From positions 16,678,001 to 16,742,000 of the forward strand of contig NC_092671.1 in the NCBI RefSeq assembly GCF_964355755.1: DNA of 64,000 nt. Direction: 5' to 3'. The notes under the pieces were generated by a model. That model was not told where the DNA came from and searched no databases. It was given only the letters and a program-made list of their open reading frames with translations. Numbering within the stretch: position 1 is the stretch's first letter; the number at the start of each line of letters is the position of its first letter. Shown in pieces: positions 51,426-63,771 of the stretch. The position numbers were made by a program, and so were the translations under genes. The DNA is from Antedon mediterranea. Lineage: Eukaryota; Animalia; Echinodermata.

Positions 51426-54400
51426 CTACAATACTGGGCTAACAACGTAATCTCCCTCCGACGACTTGATAGGATTTGAAATATTATTTGAATTTTGCGT
51501 TTCCATTAATGATTCTGTTTTTGGTAAATCTGAATCAAGTTCGCAAGATGGCGTAAATAAATCGTCTATAATAAGTGGTTCTATATCAATTTGTGTTTGC
51601 GGTCTTTGTACGACTGTATTGCCTGCTAACGTTGTCGGCAGACTGACCACCTTTCCATCTTCCACATTTAACTCTTGTGGCGTATCTACTGGAATGATCT
51701 CAATACCTAGGCTGTTGTTACTGTGATCACTATCAATACCAGAATCTGGCACTTCAAACACACCAGTTGTTCCTTTATCAGTTCTATCAACTGTGTCTGT
51801 TTGAGGTTTTTCTGGCAAGTAAGAATCTAATGACTTAGACGGATGACTTGCCGGAGGTGTTAACGGACAGTCTGGTATTCTTGAATAATTACACTTTGTG
51901 AAACCATCGCTTAGGTTGCCTTCTCTTATTTCTGTTGGTCTAACCGATAGCTGTGAATAAGGCATGCTGTTACACGTTTGAGGTGGAGATCCACCACATA
52001 TTGGTATAACAGTATATGGATCTATATTGTCATTTGGATCCTCTGTCTGCGTGTTTGGGCTACAAACATAATCACCTGATACATCAGGTTCGTTTCTGAG
52101 ATTGTTTGTCTTTGAAAAAGCTGGTTTGTTGTTGTTTTGTTGATTTAAAGGTGCAAGCAGCAAAACCTGCTGACTTTTGTTACAATGATCTGGCGATTCT
52201 GGGGCATCTCTTGGTATGCTCACTGAAACTGGACTAAGTGGAGAGGTTGAATGAGTATGGCCTAATACACCGTACTCATAACTGTCAGGAGAAGCTGGAT
52301 AATCTGATGTAGTGCTTGAGGTATCAACCGATGCTGACGTATTCAAACATGGAGGTACAAAATCTTTTCTACCCATGCATTGGTAGTCATTTGATATCGG
52401 TGAAGGATGTTCAACCGAATTACAACTTTCCTCTTGGCTTGTGTCGATGGCAATTAATCCATCCGTACCCATTGTATGATATTCTACGCTGCCATTGCTG
52501 CCGAAAGATCCATCTCTTTTAAGCAAAGCAACCTTAATAGGGTAATATTCATTGTCAACAGGTGGCTCAAACACTGCATCATCCTCTTCAAAATAATCCA
52601 CTCCGTTTTCTCGATGCTTTTCGCTCACGGATTGTTCCATCCCCTGACCTGAAGCGCACACAGCTGCTTTGGTAGTTTTATCTGGTATCTCTCCCATTAT
52701 TTCTGACTCGTCAAAACCCTGGTCAGATTCTATTCCACTGCTTGTTTTCGATACAGTTCTTTCCTGCATTTTGTTGGGGGGCGCTGTATAACGATCATTA
52801 AATGATTTTAACTGATCAAAATGTTCTTTTTCTGGTTTTAATGGTGCATCCTATGGAGAAAATTATTAAAAACAATCAACATTGCTGCATTGATAAACTT
52901 TATATAATATATTGAAGCAAATTCCTGTCTGCAAATTTCTTTTTAATCTGTTCTGATGGTGACCTGTGATCAATTACTAGAGTAATGAATGTGATTACTA
53001 AGACAATTTTATTAGAAAAATTGAAAAGACCTTGGATTTGTTCTTTATATTATTTACTGTAGCAACAGTTTACCAGTACATCTGAATGTAATGTTTATTC
53101 TAATCATTTCTTATTCAGTCTATCACAGAAATGATTTCTTTGTTTTGTAAAATAAAAACTTACCCATGGTTTAATAATGAAGTCTTCAATAAATCGAGGT
53201 TCAGGGAACGGTTTAAAAAGTTCAATCTTCTTGACTTTAATGATGTAAAAACAGGCAACAGCCATCATGACAACGAGACTAGGGATTAACACCGCCATTA
53301 TAATCACAGGAACTGTTCAAAATAAAACAAATAAGACGCTTCAATATACAAATATATTCAAAATAATTTCAAATATATAACATGGTGTTTTATATTAAGC
53401 GGACTGAGGCCTTCAAGCTTGGTTCTCACTAAGCGAGTTAACCAATTACAAGCGACAGTTTAAATAATCATCTAATTATGTATGTTACGTTTACATCCTT
53501 GCATTGCATCCTAGTAGGACGCCAACTTTAGCATAAATAATGTGCATGAATTATTATAATATATTATAAGTGGACACTAAATGCAATGTTAAAAAAGATA
53601 TAAATAGCCCTATACGCATTACCTTAAAAACCAATTTTTCAATTGTTTGATTTAACTAAATATATTTGTTTTATCAATCGAAACCATGACTAATTTGTTC
53701 TCTATCCACACAATTATATTTTAGTTTTGTACTAAAGTTATCCAATTTTGGAAAAGAAACTAAATTGTAATAATATAGAAATACAAATACAGTTTTTTTT
53801 TAAAACAATTTTATTCAACTTTGTTTATCGAGGATGACTCAAAACAATGTAAGGTGATTATCAAAATGCACACACATAAAAACAATAATATATGACACAA
53901 ACGCAATCAACACGATTGTACAAACATTATAAAAAAATGGAACAAAATGTTGTTTGAAATGTTGAAATGCTTAAAAAGTATCAATTGAGAAAAGTTTAAA
54001 AGGTCTATATACAGTCAGTTATGCATCAACAATGCTTTTACTACAACGATTCAATTGAAAGTAAAGTAATAAGCACAAAAATATAGTATTTAAAACTACA
54101 ATGTTTTGTTTGCTCCTATTATGCTATGGTATTGTAGTTCAAAGTCAACCACAATTTTATTTTATGATTATTTTCTATTTTCCCCACAATCTTTACCTGG
54201 AAACTTTCTGCACATTTCAAATCTCTTTTGAAAAGTGTCACCCAACAAGATTTTCGACCCATTTGTCGTCACAGCTCTGATGACGTATGTAAAGAAGGAC
54301 GCCCCCTCTGCGCAATCAACCTGAATTGTTGTTCTCAATCCTCTCACTGTTCTGTTCTTCCATTTTGAATCCGTTATATTTTCTGGTCGATAACTAACAA

Positions 54401-57400
54401 TATAGTGGCTGATGACACCGTTAGGATGAACTGGTTCAAGCCAAGTCAGCTCAACTTTATCAGTGGCAATAAGGTTAACGTTAAATAAATAAACTGGCTC
54501 CGGAACTAAAATACAAAATAATTTAGATCAGTTTAAAAAAATGAATAACATTTTAAAAATGTGGTATTTATCAGTTTTGGTCTGTCTGTCATTAAAATTT
54601 AAATAAAAAACTTGTGTGAAAATTAGTAATCATTATTTAATTGATATAAATACTAATAGCATACTGGTTCACCGTGGATATGTTCAAAAATTGATATTTT
54701 GACAAATACTCTTAAGCTCTGTCTAGACAATCAAACTTTATACGACAACAAAATGTGATGTGCCCATATATGGACACGATGACATCATCTCACTACCATA
54801 TTTGGGTACATCACATGTTTTTGTCACATGAAGTTTGATAGTGTAAATAGAGCTTAAGGAAATACATGTACGGTACTCAATTTACTGATGGGTATGGAAG
54901 GTACAACGTTCTAGGTTTACAGTAAAAATATAATTGAAAGAGTACACACACTGGTAAACAAAAAGTGTGTAAACTGTAATTTAAGTTTGAAAGCCTTTGA
55001 GATGTTGTTACTTGGAAGCATAACAAAATAGTATTTATTATTAGTAGGAGTTCCTATAAAAGTGTTCAGCTATAGCTGTCTATATTATGACAAAGACCAT
55101 AAAGGTCTTTCTACACCCTCAAACGAGTATGACAAAAAAAATTGGAGTGATATGTCATCATTGCATCCATATATGGGCATATCACATGAAGTTTGATAGT
55201 GTAGACAGAGCTTAAGCAATTAAATTAGACTTAATGAAGTTATTACTTACCTCCAACCAAGGTAGTGATGTGCACCGGGTCTGAAAAGTCACTGCAATGA
55301 TGATCATTACAGGCACTCACTGCGAAGGCATATTTCAAATTGCCAAAGATGTTTTCGGTGATTACTACACTAGTACCATCAACTTCCTTAGACAGCATCT
55401 CTGTTGCCGATGAGTTGTAACTGATGATGTATCTAGTGATGTTGCCATTGGGTTTATCCGGGGCTTCCCAGTGCAATTCTACGGAAAAGGCATCAACTTC
55501 ACCTTCTACAGGGGGATCGGGTTTCTCTGGAACTGAAGGATGAAATTAAATACATGGATTAGCTCCGTGAAGTGAGACTCTTCAAATTACTCCATAAGTT
55601 ACTAACAAATAAACTGTAGTATAGATTTAGTGCACAACTTACCGCCTTCATCTGTCCTTGCTGACATCCTGTGGCTGAGAATTCCCTCTCCAGCAATGTT
55701 GCTAGCTGACATCCACAGCAGATATTCTGAGTATGTGTTAAGGTCAGTTAATATATAAATGTAATATGATTCTGGAGATTCATGCTCGTCTATGTCTGTA
55801 AAATTTAAGTATCTTGGTTCTGAAAGATAAAATTATTACTTCGTTTAGGATTAAGAGTTAATATATTTTGACTAGTGACTGTTTTCCTGGTAGGCCTAGA
55901 ACATGACCAGCACACTGGGAAACAGGCTTTCACTTCTTTGAATTGTGTGAAAGTTCTTTACATACACCTGTACAATGTATGTACAACAGTACGCCCCATC
56001 CTATGGCAATGCACTAACGTATCTTTTCTAAAGTTTTACAAAAAAGTGTGATGTGCCCAAATATACTAGTAATATGACATCATCGTGTCTATATGGGAAC
56101 ATTACATTTTTTGGTCACATGAAGTTTGATAGTGTAGACAGAGCTTTAGGATGCAAGCAATTTGCACATACTGGTCAGATATCTTTTACCATTACTCTAT
56201 ACAGCTCACTTATAGAAAGTAAACAACAAACTTGGTTAATTTCATTTTAAGCACCTTATTACCAATTAGATAATTACTTTTATGTTTTACTTAAACAACA
56301 GGAGGCTTAGATAATACTGTACTAATGTGGCAGAACCCAGAACACCAGGAGTGGTAAACCTGAATCATTTAAGCCTTAATAAGGAGCTTTTGATTTGTGA
56401 CGACCGAGAACCGACAACCAACCTAGGTCAAACGATGTGTCATCGGTCGTCGTCTAGACATAGAATCAAACCAATTTTGGGGATTGAGGAAACAGATCCC
56501 AATATTCCCGAATGGACCCATGATGAACTAACATGACATAGAGTATCACGGTGTGACATCACAACGATACAGGGCACTGCATGGTTGCTAGCCAACCAAA
56601 AAATGCATTCAGCCCTACTATGTTGATAAACAGTAAAGATCTGTATTTCTATCAAATTATGTATCTTAGCTTGATTTTTTTTAACTTAAACTGTAGACCT
56701 AGTTGAAGAATAAATTGATTGTTAAAAACAAATATTTAGTGATCTTTTGAAATTTTAGTTTTTTTTTATTAAAAATGATTATGTTTTAAAATGACTACTT
56801 GAATAAGCCTATTCCAAACCATTGGTGACCTTGGAGTCACTCAGGCAGGCTGAACGCATTTTTGGTTGCGCTAGCAACCACGCAGCGCCACTTATCATCG
56901 TGACGTCAGCACCGTGATACTCTATAGTTTGGTTGCCGGTCGTCGCAAAGATAAATATTTAATAAACACACTTACCATCGCATTCAAGTTCATCAGATGC
57001 ATTATGGAAACTAAATTCTGCTATATTTTTCTCACAGAAATATATGTTATAAGTTAATATTTTTCCTCGGCTGTGAAACGTGTATGGTGGTCTCCAGGTC
57101 AGTAGCAACTTTGTCGGTTTGTCGTTCATTGTAACCAGTTTAATGTCTCTTGGAAATGAAGATGGCTCTAAAAGAAAATTTGTAAAAGTTATTAGTTTTA
57201 CAATTGCAATGACACCAAAGAACTCTGTCTACACTATCAAACCTTATGTGACAAAAAAATGTGATGTGCCCATATATAGAAATGATAATGTCATATCACT
57301 ACCATATTTGCTCACATCACACTAGTATGATAGTGTACACAGAGCATAAGACAAGGCTCAGTTCTTTAAATAGAATAGTGCTTCTCATGATTTTAAAATA

Positions 57401-60400
57401 TAAAACAAAGAAGTAGCCATACTAACCTGCTTCCCGTGTCCTGACCTGAGAACTCTCTGACCATGCACCTAGGCCAGCTGAGTTGTTGGCTTGAACTCTG
57501 AACTCATAGAAGGTGTAAGGGTCCAAATCATCAACTAAAAAACTATATTCACTCCCGTCAACTGCCTCTGTAATCCTATAAGTATTGAAAAACAATGAGT
57601 TTAACAAGGCTGCAACTGTGAAACAGTATTATTAAAACACCAATAATATTATTATATACTATTCTTGATATTTATTACCATTCTTCATTTTGTGTTGTCT
57701 TTTTTCTGTCCACCATGTAATAAAAAATTCTACCATGTGCTTCTACTGGTGCCGACCATTGCACAAAAACTGAACTTTTTGAAAGAGCTGTAGTTTCAAT
57801 GTTGACAGGCTTCCCTGGAACTATGAAATAAATAAAATGGTAACAAATAAACCAAGTGGATGGGTCAAATGGTCACAAATATACATTTACATAGTACAAA
57901 GAGTTGTGTGTTTTCCCTCTAACAAGTAGTAGTACTGTCCACAACTAAAACGCACCAAAGTCGGACAGCAATGTATTTCCTACCAAGGAACACATATTTG
58001 GAACAATTTAACAGACTATTTAAAACAATCCCCCACTTTAAGTTTGTTTAAACAGAGATTAAAGCAATATTATAACAATAGAAATATTTAAGTTAAGTAA
58101 ATCACATTATGTTATTTTGGTTTGTTCTTTTTGTTTGTACTAATTGTTTGATCTTTTTGTTAGGGTTACATGCTTAAAGCACTTGTGCTTATTTTGTATC
58201 CCATTCCATTATCTTATTATTTGTATTGTATTTGTATATGTTTTTATTTTGATTATGGAATAAAAATGTCGATGAATTGAATTGAAGTTAACTACTTTTC
58301 ATTCCCTACAACTTTTTTGTTTCTTTATTTCCAATAAGATAATAATAAGGGGCTTATATAGCGCATTATGCAAAAGCCTCAATGTGTTTAACTGTAGAAA
58401 TAAAAAGCTGAAAACTAATAGAAATACAAGTTAAAAGGGTGAGTGAAAATAGGTGATTGAAGTAACCTGACGGATTGAGATTTGTAAACTGTTCCAAAGG
58501 GCGACAGACACCCAAGAAAAGGAACAAAAACCGAGTAGATCTAAACCATGAACTATGAATACTGTAAATGTATCTTTGGTAGAGTTAACTCTTAAATAGA
58601 GAAATCCAACTTTTTGTATGTAAAAATATGTAAGGTACTCCAAGAACTAGACACCCTGTTAACGTGTGGTTTTGAAAGAAACATTACTTACTACTTGTTC
58701 TATCAAATATATCTAATGGGAAGTTTGGCTGTCCCTCACCAGCACTGTTGAAAGCCACCACATACACCCTGAATGTGTCAAACTGATCAACTACAAAAAT
58801 AAAAATATATATATAAATTTAATATCCAATCTGCAGACAGTACTGTTTCGATCTTATTAGATCTCGTCAGTGCAGCTCAGGTTTCGAAATGAAATGTACC
58901 GCAGAACTGGCACAATATATAGGCTGATCCAGGTATGCAAAATGCTAATAGTATTCACAACAAAAATGCACCGTTTTGAACTGAAGAGTGCTCTACAAAA
59001 CAACATACTATATGTATATAGCAGATTTAACTAAGATAATAGGTCATATAAAAAATCCTAGTATTGTAACATAGCATGGAATCATGGGAGTGACGCAAAG
59101 AGGCATCTTGCACGATTGCACTGTTATGTAAATTGCTTTTACAAGAAATCAGACATGTGTCCATACCCAAGCCTGTCGGCACAATTTCCTCTCAAATGTA
59201 CCCAGAATTAATTTCTAAATATGACAAATAAACGTTCATTGCGCTCTCATCAGAGAAAACAAATGTTCTTTTTTTGTAGTATCTAATTGTTAAACTGATG
59301 AGGAACATATTTATTTGTTGGTTGTGACATCTTCCATGAAGAAGATAAGTAATATAGATACACACTGTGGATATATTAGAACAACTTCAAATATTTATAT
59401 TAAATTTATATATATACTTTATAAAATACTACAAAAAAAGAACATTTGTTTTCTCTGATGAAAGCGCAATGAGCAATTATTTGTCATATTTAGAAATTAA
59501 TTCTGGGTACATTTGAGAGGAAATTGTGCCGACAGGCTTGGGTATGGACACATGTCTGATTTCTTGTAATAAGCAATTTACATAACAGTGCAATCGTTTA
59601 AGATGCCTCTTTGCATCACTCCCATGATTCCATGCTATGTTACAATACTAGGATTTTTTATATGACCAAAATGTCTTTTAAAAGCATGGGTGGTATCCTA
59701 TTCCTTAATTGAGTTAATTGTTGTTGCACATTTTTCTTACCTATAATTTCAATATATCGTCTAGTAGATGAAACATTATATGCAGGTTCACTGTTGATAG
59801 TGTATTCATCTTTTGTGACATAGACATTGTAACCAAGGATCTCACCATTACACTGATCGGCTGGTACTTCCTGAAAAAAAAAGCATTATTTGAATAATAT
59901 TGTTCTATAGGGTTTTTAGGGGAAGTTTGTTCGAGGAAGGCATTTATTCGAGGGAATAATATGGGTGTAATTATGGTACAGCAACATGTATAACCAAGTA
60001 AATGCCACTAGATATGAACAAATTTAATTTTATTAAATTAGTATCAAGGAGTGAGAAAATACAGTAAAAATTTTACCAAAATGCTTGGTAAATAAATAGA
60101 TCGTGGAAGACAATTAATTCTACTACAAACAGAAATGTATCAATACAATATTGTGTGTATATGCATGTGGTGTAGGGTGTTCGAAGTTCGGGTTAAACAA
60201 TGTTCTATGAGGAAGTTCATTCTAAACAATGTTCTATGGGGGGCGTTTAGTCTAAATAATGTTCTATGGGGGAAGGAGGGGGAATTTAGTCTAAACAATG
60301 TTCTATGGGGGAGGGGAGTTTAGTCTAAACAATGTTTTTCTATGGGGGGGGGGTGCTTCGTTTACAACAATGTTCTATGGGGGGACTTTATTCTAAATAA

Positions 60401-63400
60401 TGTTCTATGGGGGAATTTTGTCTCAATAATGTTCTATAGGGGGGAGGGGAGTTTAGTCTAAACAATGTTCTATGGGGGGGGGGGCGTTTAGTCTAAATAA
60501 TGTTCTATGGTGGGGGGTGTTTAGTCTAAATAATGTTCTATGGTGGGGGCGTTTAGTCTAAACAATGTTCTATGGAGAAGTTTATTCTAAACAATGTTCT
60601 GGGGGGGGGGAGGGCGTTTAGTCTAAATAATGTTCTATGAGGGGCGTTTAGTAGAAACAATGTTCTATGGGGTGGGGGGTTTCGCTTAGTCTAAACAATG
60701 TTCTATGGCAGGAGTTTAGTCCAAACAATGTTCTATGTGGGGAGTTTAGTCCAAACAATGTTCTATGGGGGGAGTTTAGTCCAAACAATGTTCTATGGGG
60801 GGAGTTTAGTCCAAACAATGTTCTATGTGGGGGTTTAGTCCAAACAATGTTCTATGTGGGGAGTTTAGTCCAAACAATGTTCTATGGGGTGAGTTTAGTC
60901 AAAACAATGTTCTATGGGGGGAGTTTAGTCAAAACAATATTCTATGGGGGGAGTTTAGTCCAAACAATGTTCTATGTGGGGTGTTTAGTCCAAACAATGT
61001 TCTATGGGGTGAGTTTAGTCCAAACAATGTTCTATGGGGGGAGTCGAGTCAAAACAATGTTCTATGGGGGGAGTTTAGTCCAAACAATGTTCTATGTGGG
61101 GTGTTTAGTCCAAACAATGTTCTATGGGGGGAGTTTAGTCCAATCAATGTTCTATGGGGGAGTTTAGTCCAAACAATGTTCTATGGGGGGAGTTTAGTCC
61201 AAACAATGTTCTATGTGGGGTGTTTAGTCCAAACAATGTTCTATGGGGGGAGTTTAGTCCAAACAATGTTCTATGGGGGAGTTTAGTCCAAACAATGTTC
61301 TATGTGGGGTGTTTAGTCCAAACAATGTTCTATGGGGGGAGTTTAGTCCAATCAATGTTCTATGGGGGAGTTTAGTCCAAACAATGTTCTATGGGGGGAG
61401 TTTAGTCCAAACAATGTTCTATGTGGGGTGTTTAGTCCAAACAATGTTCTATGGGGGAGTTTAGTCCAAACAATGTTCTATGGGGGAGTTTAGTCCAAAC
61501 AATGTTCTATGGGGGGAGTTTAGTCCAAACAATGTTCTATGGGGGAGTTTAGTCCAAACAATGTTCTATGGGGGGAGTTTAGTCCAAACAATGTTCTATG
61601 GGGGAGTTTAGTCCAAACAATGTTCTATGGGGGGAGTTTAGTCCAAACAATGTTCTATGTGGGGTGTTTAGTCCAAACAATGTTCTATGGGGGGAGTTTA
61701 GTCCAAACAATGTTCTATGGGGGTGTTTAGTCTAAACAATGTTCTATGGGGGGAGTTTAATCCAAACAATGTTCTATGGGGGTGTTTAGTCTAAACAATG
61801 TTCTATGGGGGGAGTTTAATCCAAACAATGTTCTATGGGGGTGTTTAGTCTAAACAATGTTCTATGGATGAGTTTAGTCCAAACAATGTTCTATAGGGGG
61901 AGTTTAATCCAAACAATGTTCTATGGGGGGAGTTTAGTCCAAACAATGTTCTATGGGGGGTGTTTAGTCCAAACAATGTCCTATGGGGGAGTTTAGTCCA
62001 AACAATGTTCTATGGGGGGAGTTTAGTCCAAACAATGTTCTATGGGGTGAGTTTAATCCAAACAATGTTCTATGGGGGGAGTTTAGTCCAAACAATGTTC
62101 TATGGGGTGAGTTTAATCCAAACAATGTTCTATGGGTGAGTTTAATCCAAACAATGTTCTATGGGTGAGTTTAATCCAAACAATGTTCTATGGGGGGAGT
62201 TTAGTCCAAACAATGTTCTATGTGGGGTGTTTAGTCCAAACAATGTTCTATGGGTGAGTTTAATCCAAACAATGTTCTATGGGGGGAGTTTAGTCCAATC
62301 AATGTTCTATGGGGGGAGTTTAGACTAAACAATGTTCTATGGGGGGAGTTTAGTCCAAACAATGTTCTATGTGGGGTGTTTAGTCCAAACAATGTTCTAT
62401 GTGGGGTGTTTAGTCCAAACAATGTTCTATGGGGGGAGTTTAGTCCAATCAATGTTCTATGGGGGGAGTTTAGACTAAACAATGTTCTATGGGTGAGTTT
62501 AATCCAAACAATATTCTATGGGGGGAGTTTAGTCCAAACAATGTTCTATGGGGGGTGTTTAATCCAAACAATGTTCTATGGGGGGAGTTTAGTCCAAACA
62601 ATGTTCTATGAGGGGAGTTTAGTCCAAACAATGTTCTATGGGATGAGTTTAATCCAAACAATGTTCTATGGGGGGAGTTTAGTCCAAACAATGTTCTATG
62701 GGGTGAGTTTAATCCAAACAATGTTCTATGGGGGGAGTTTAGTCCAAACAATGTTCTATGGGGGGAGTTTAGTCCAAACAATGTTCTATGGGGTGAGTTT
62801 AATCCAAACAATGTTCTATGGGGGGAGTTTAGTCCAAACAATGTTCTATGGGGGGAGTTTAGTCCAAACAATGTTCTATGGGGTGAGTTTAATCCAAACA
62901 ATGTTCTATGGGGGGAGTTTAGTCCAAACAATGTTCTATGGGGGGTGTTTAGTCCAAACAATGTTCTATGGGGAAGTTTAATCCAAACAATGTTCTATGG
63001 AGGGAGTTTAGTCCAAACAATGTTCTATGGGGGGTGTTTAGTCCAAACTATGTTCTATGGGGGGGGAGTTTAGTCCAAACAATGTTCTATGGGGTGAGTT
63101 TAATCCAAACAATGTTCTATGGGGGGAGTTTAATCCAAACAATGTTCTATGGGGGGAGTTTAGTCAAATCAATGTTCTATGGGGGGAGTTTAGACTAAAC
63201 AATGTTCTATGGATGAGTTTCGTCAAAACAATGTTCTATGGGGTGAGTTTAATCCAAACAATGTTCTATGGGGGGAGTTTAGTCCAAACAATGTTCTATG
63301 GGGTGAGTTTAATCCAAACAATGTTCTATGGGGGGAGTTTAGTCCAAACAATGTTCTATGGGAGGGCGTTTATTCGATGGAGAATTTATTCAAATAAATA

Positions 63401-63771
63401 CGGCAATATAATGGAATAATATATATATATATATATGAAAGTAATTTGATTAATTTTTTTTTAAATGTCATGGTTCAAAATACATTAATTCATTTCTCTT
63501 GTATGAATCAGTCCTTCTTGTTGCCACATGCACTTATTTGAAAAAAATATATTTAAAATCGGTTATTTTAAATCTGCTAGAAAATTACAAATTGCCAGGC
63601 TATTATGAACGTGCAATGAGGCCCCTATAAATAGGACAAGATTATTAAAGCCAGATTCTTTGTAATAAAAATAACTTACATCCCAAACAAACACAACCTT
63701 CCGAAGAGACGGGTCATCAGGCAATACATCTTCCGATAGTTTTCTTAGATTAGAAACCTTCCCACTTGGAG
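51426..63771 (-). CDS. Type-I cytokine-receptor-like membrane protein (gp130/LIFR/Domeless-like): at least 5 FN3 domains, TM, Box1, long tyrosine-motif tail; 5' end outside the window
   Basis: Minus-strand exons 63771-63680, 59870-59741, 58790-58692, 57820-57679, 57575-57427, 57167-56976, 55819-55643, 55532-55251, 54505-54197, 53312-53164, 52850-51426 splice in frame on GT-AG. FN3 motifs (W..P..PNG.I..Y, LDPYTFYEFRVQA.N.AG.G.WS), TM VIIMAVLIPSLVVMMAVACFYII, Box1-like LFKPFPEP. No kinase or phosphatase domain in the tail. Confidence 0.85.
54715..54854. mobile_element. MITE family B copy
   Basis: AGCTCTGTCTAGAC...GTGTAAATAGAGCT with TTA/TAA flanks. Confidence 0.85.
55103..55212. mobile_element. 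MITE family B copy, internally deleted
   Basis: Right end AAGTTTGATAGTGTAGACAGAGCT|TAA; diverged left end AGGTCTTTCTACAC. Confidence 0.7.
56025..56145. mobile_element. MITE family B copy, left end decayed
   Basis: TGTGATGTGCCC...GTCACATGAAGTTTGATAGTGTAGACAGAGCT|TTA. Confidence 0.7.
56394..56949. mobile_element. Non-autonomous element with about 100-bp imperfect TIRs
   Basis: 56538-56614 is the reverse complement of about 56848-56925; outer ends TTTGTGACGACCG and CGGTCGTCGCAAA; the left arm is interrupted by about 130 bp. Confidence 0.65.
57221..57346. mobile_element. MITE family B copy
   Basis: CTCTGTCTACACTATCAAA...GATAGTGTACACAGAGC. Confidence 0.8.
59042..59667. mobile_element. Foldback-type element with about 241-bp inverted arms and 143-bp spacer
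   Basis: 59042-59282 is the near-perfect reverse complement of 59426-59667 (GGTCATATAAAAAATCC...GGATTTTTTATATGACC); no clear target duplication. Confidence 0.85.
60190..63362. repeat. About 3.1-kb G-rich minisatellite, 29-30-bp unit TTTAGTCCAAACAATGTTCTATGGGGGGAG
   Basis: Roughly 100 tandem units with a variable G-run, diverged at the left end; explains all ORFs from 60135 to 63419. Confidence 0.98.

Noticed and set aside
60190-63362. CRISPR-like array or repetitive protein ORFs (GEFSPNNVLW repeats)
   Set aside because: Units are contiguous with no unique spacers, there are no cas genes, and the array is intronic in a eukaryotic gene; the ORFs arise from a stop-poor 30-bp unit.
51426-63771. 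Receptor tyrosine phosphatase or kinase call for the FN3 gene
   Set aside because: The cytoplasmic region is fully visible to the stop codon and contains no PTP or kinase domain.
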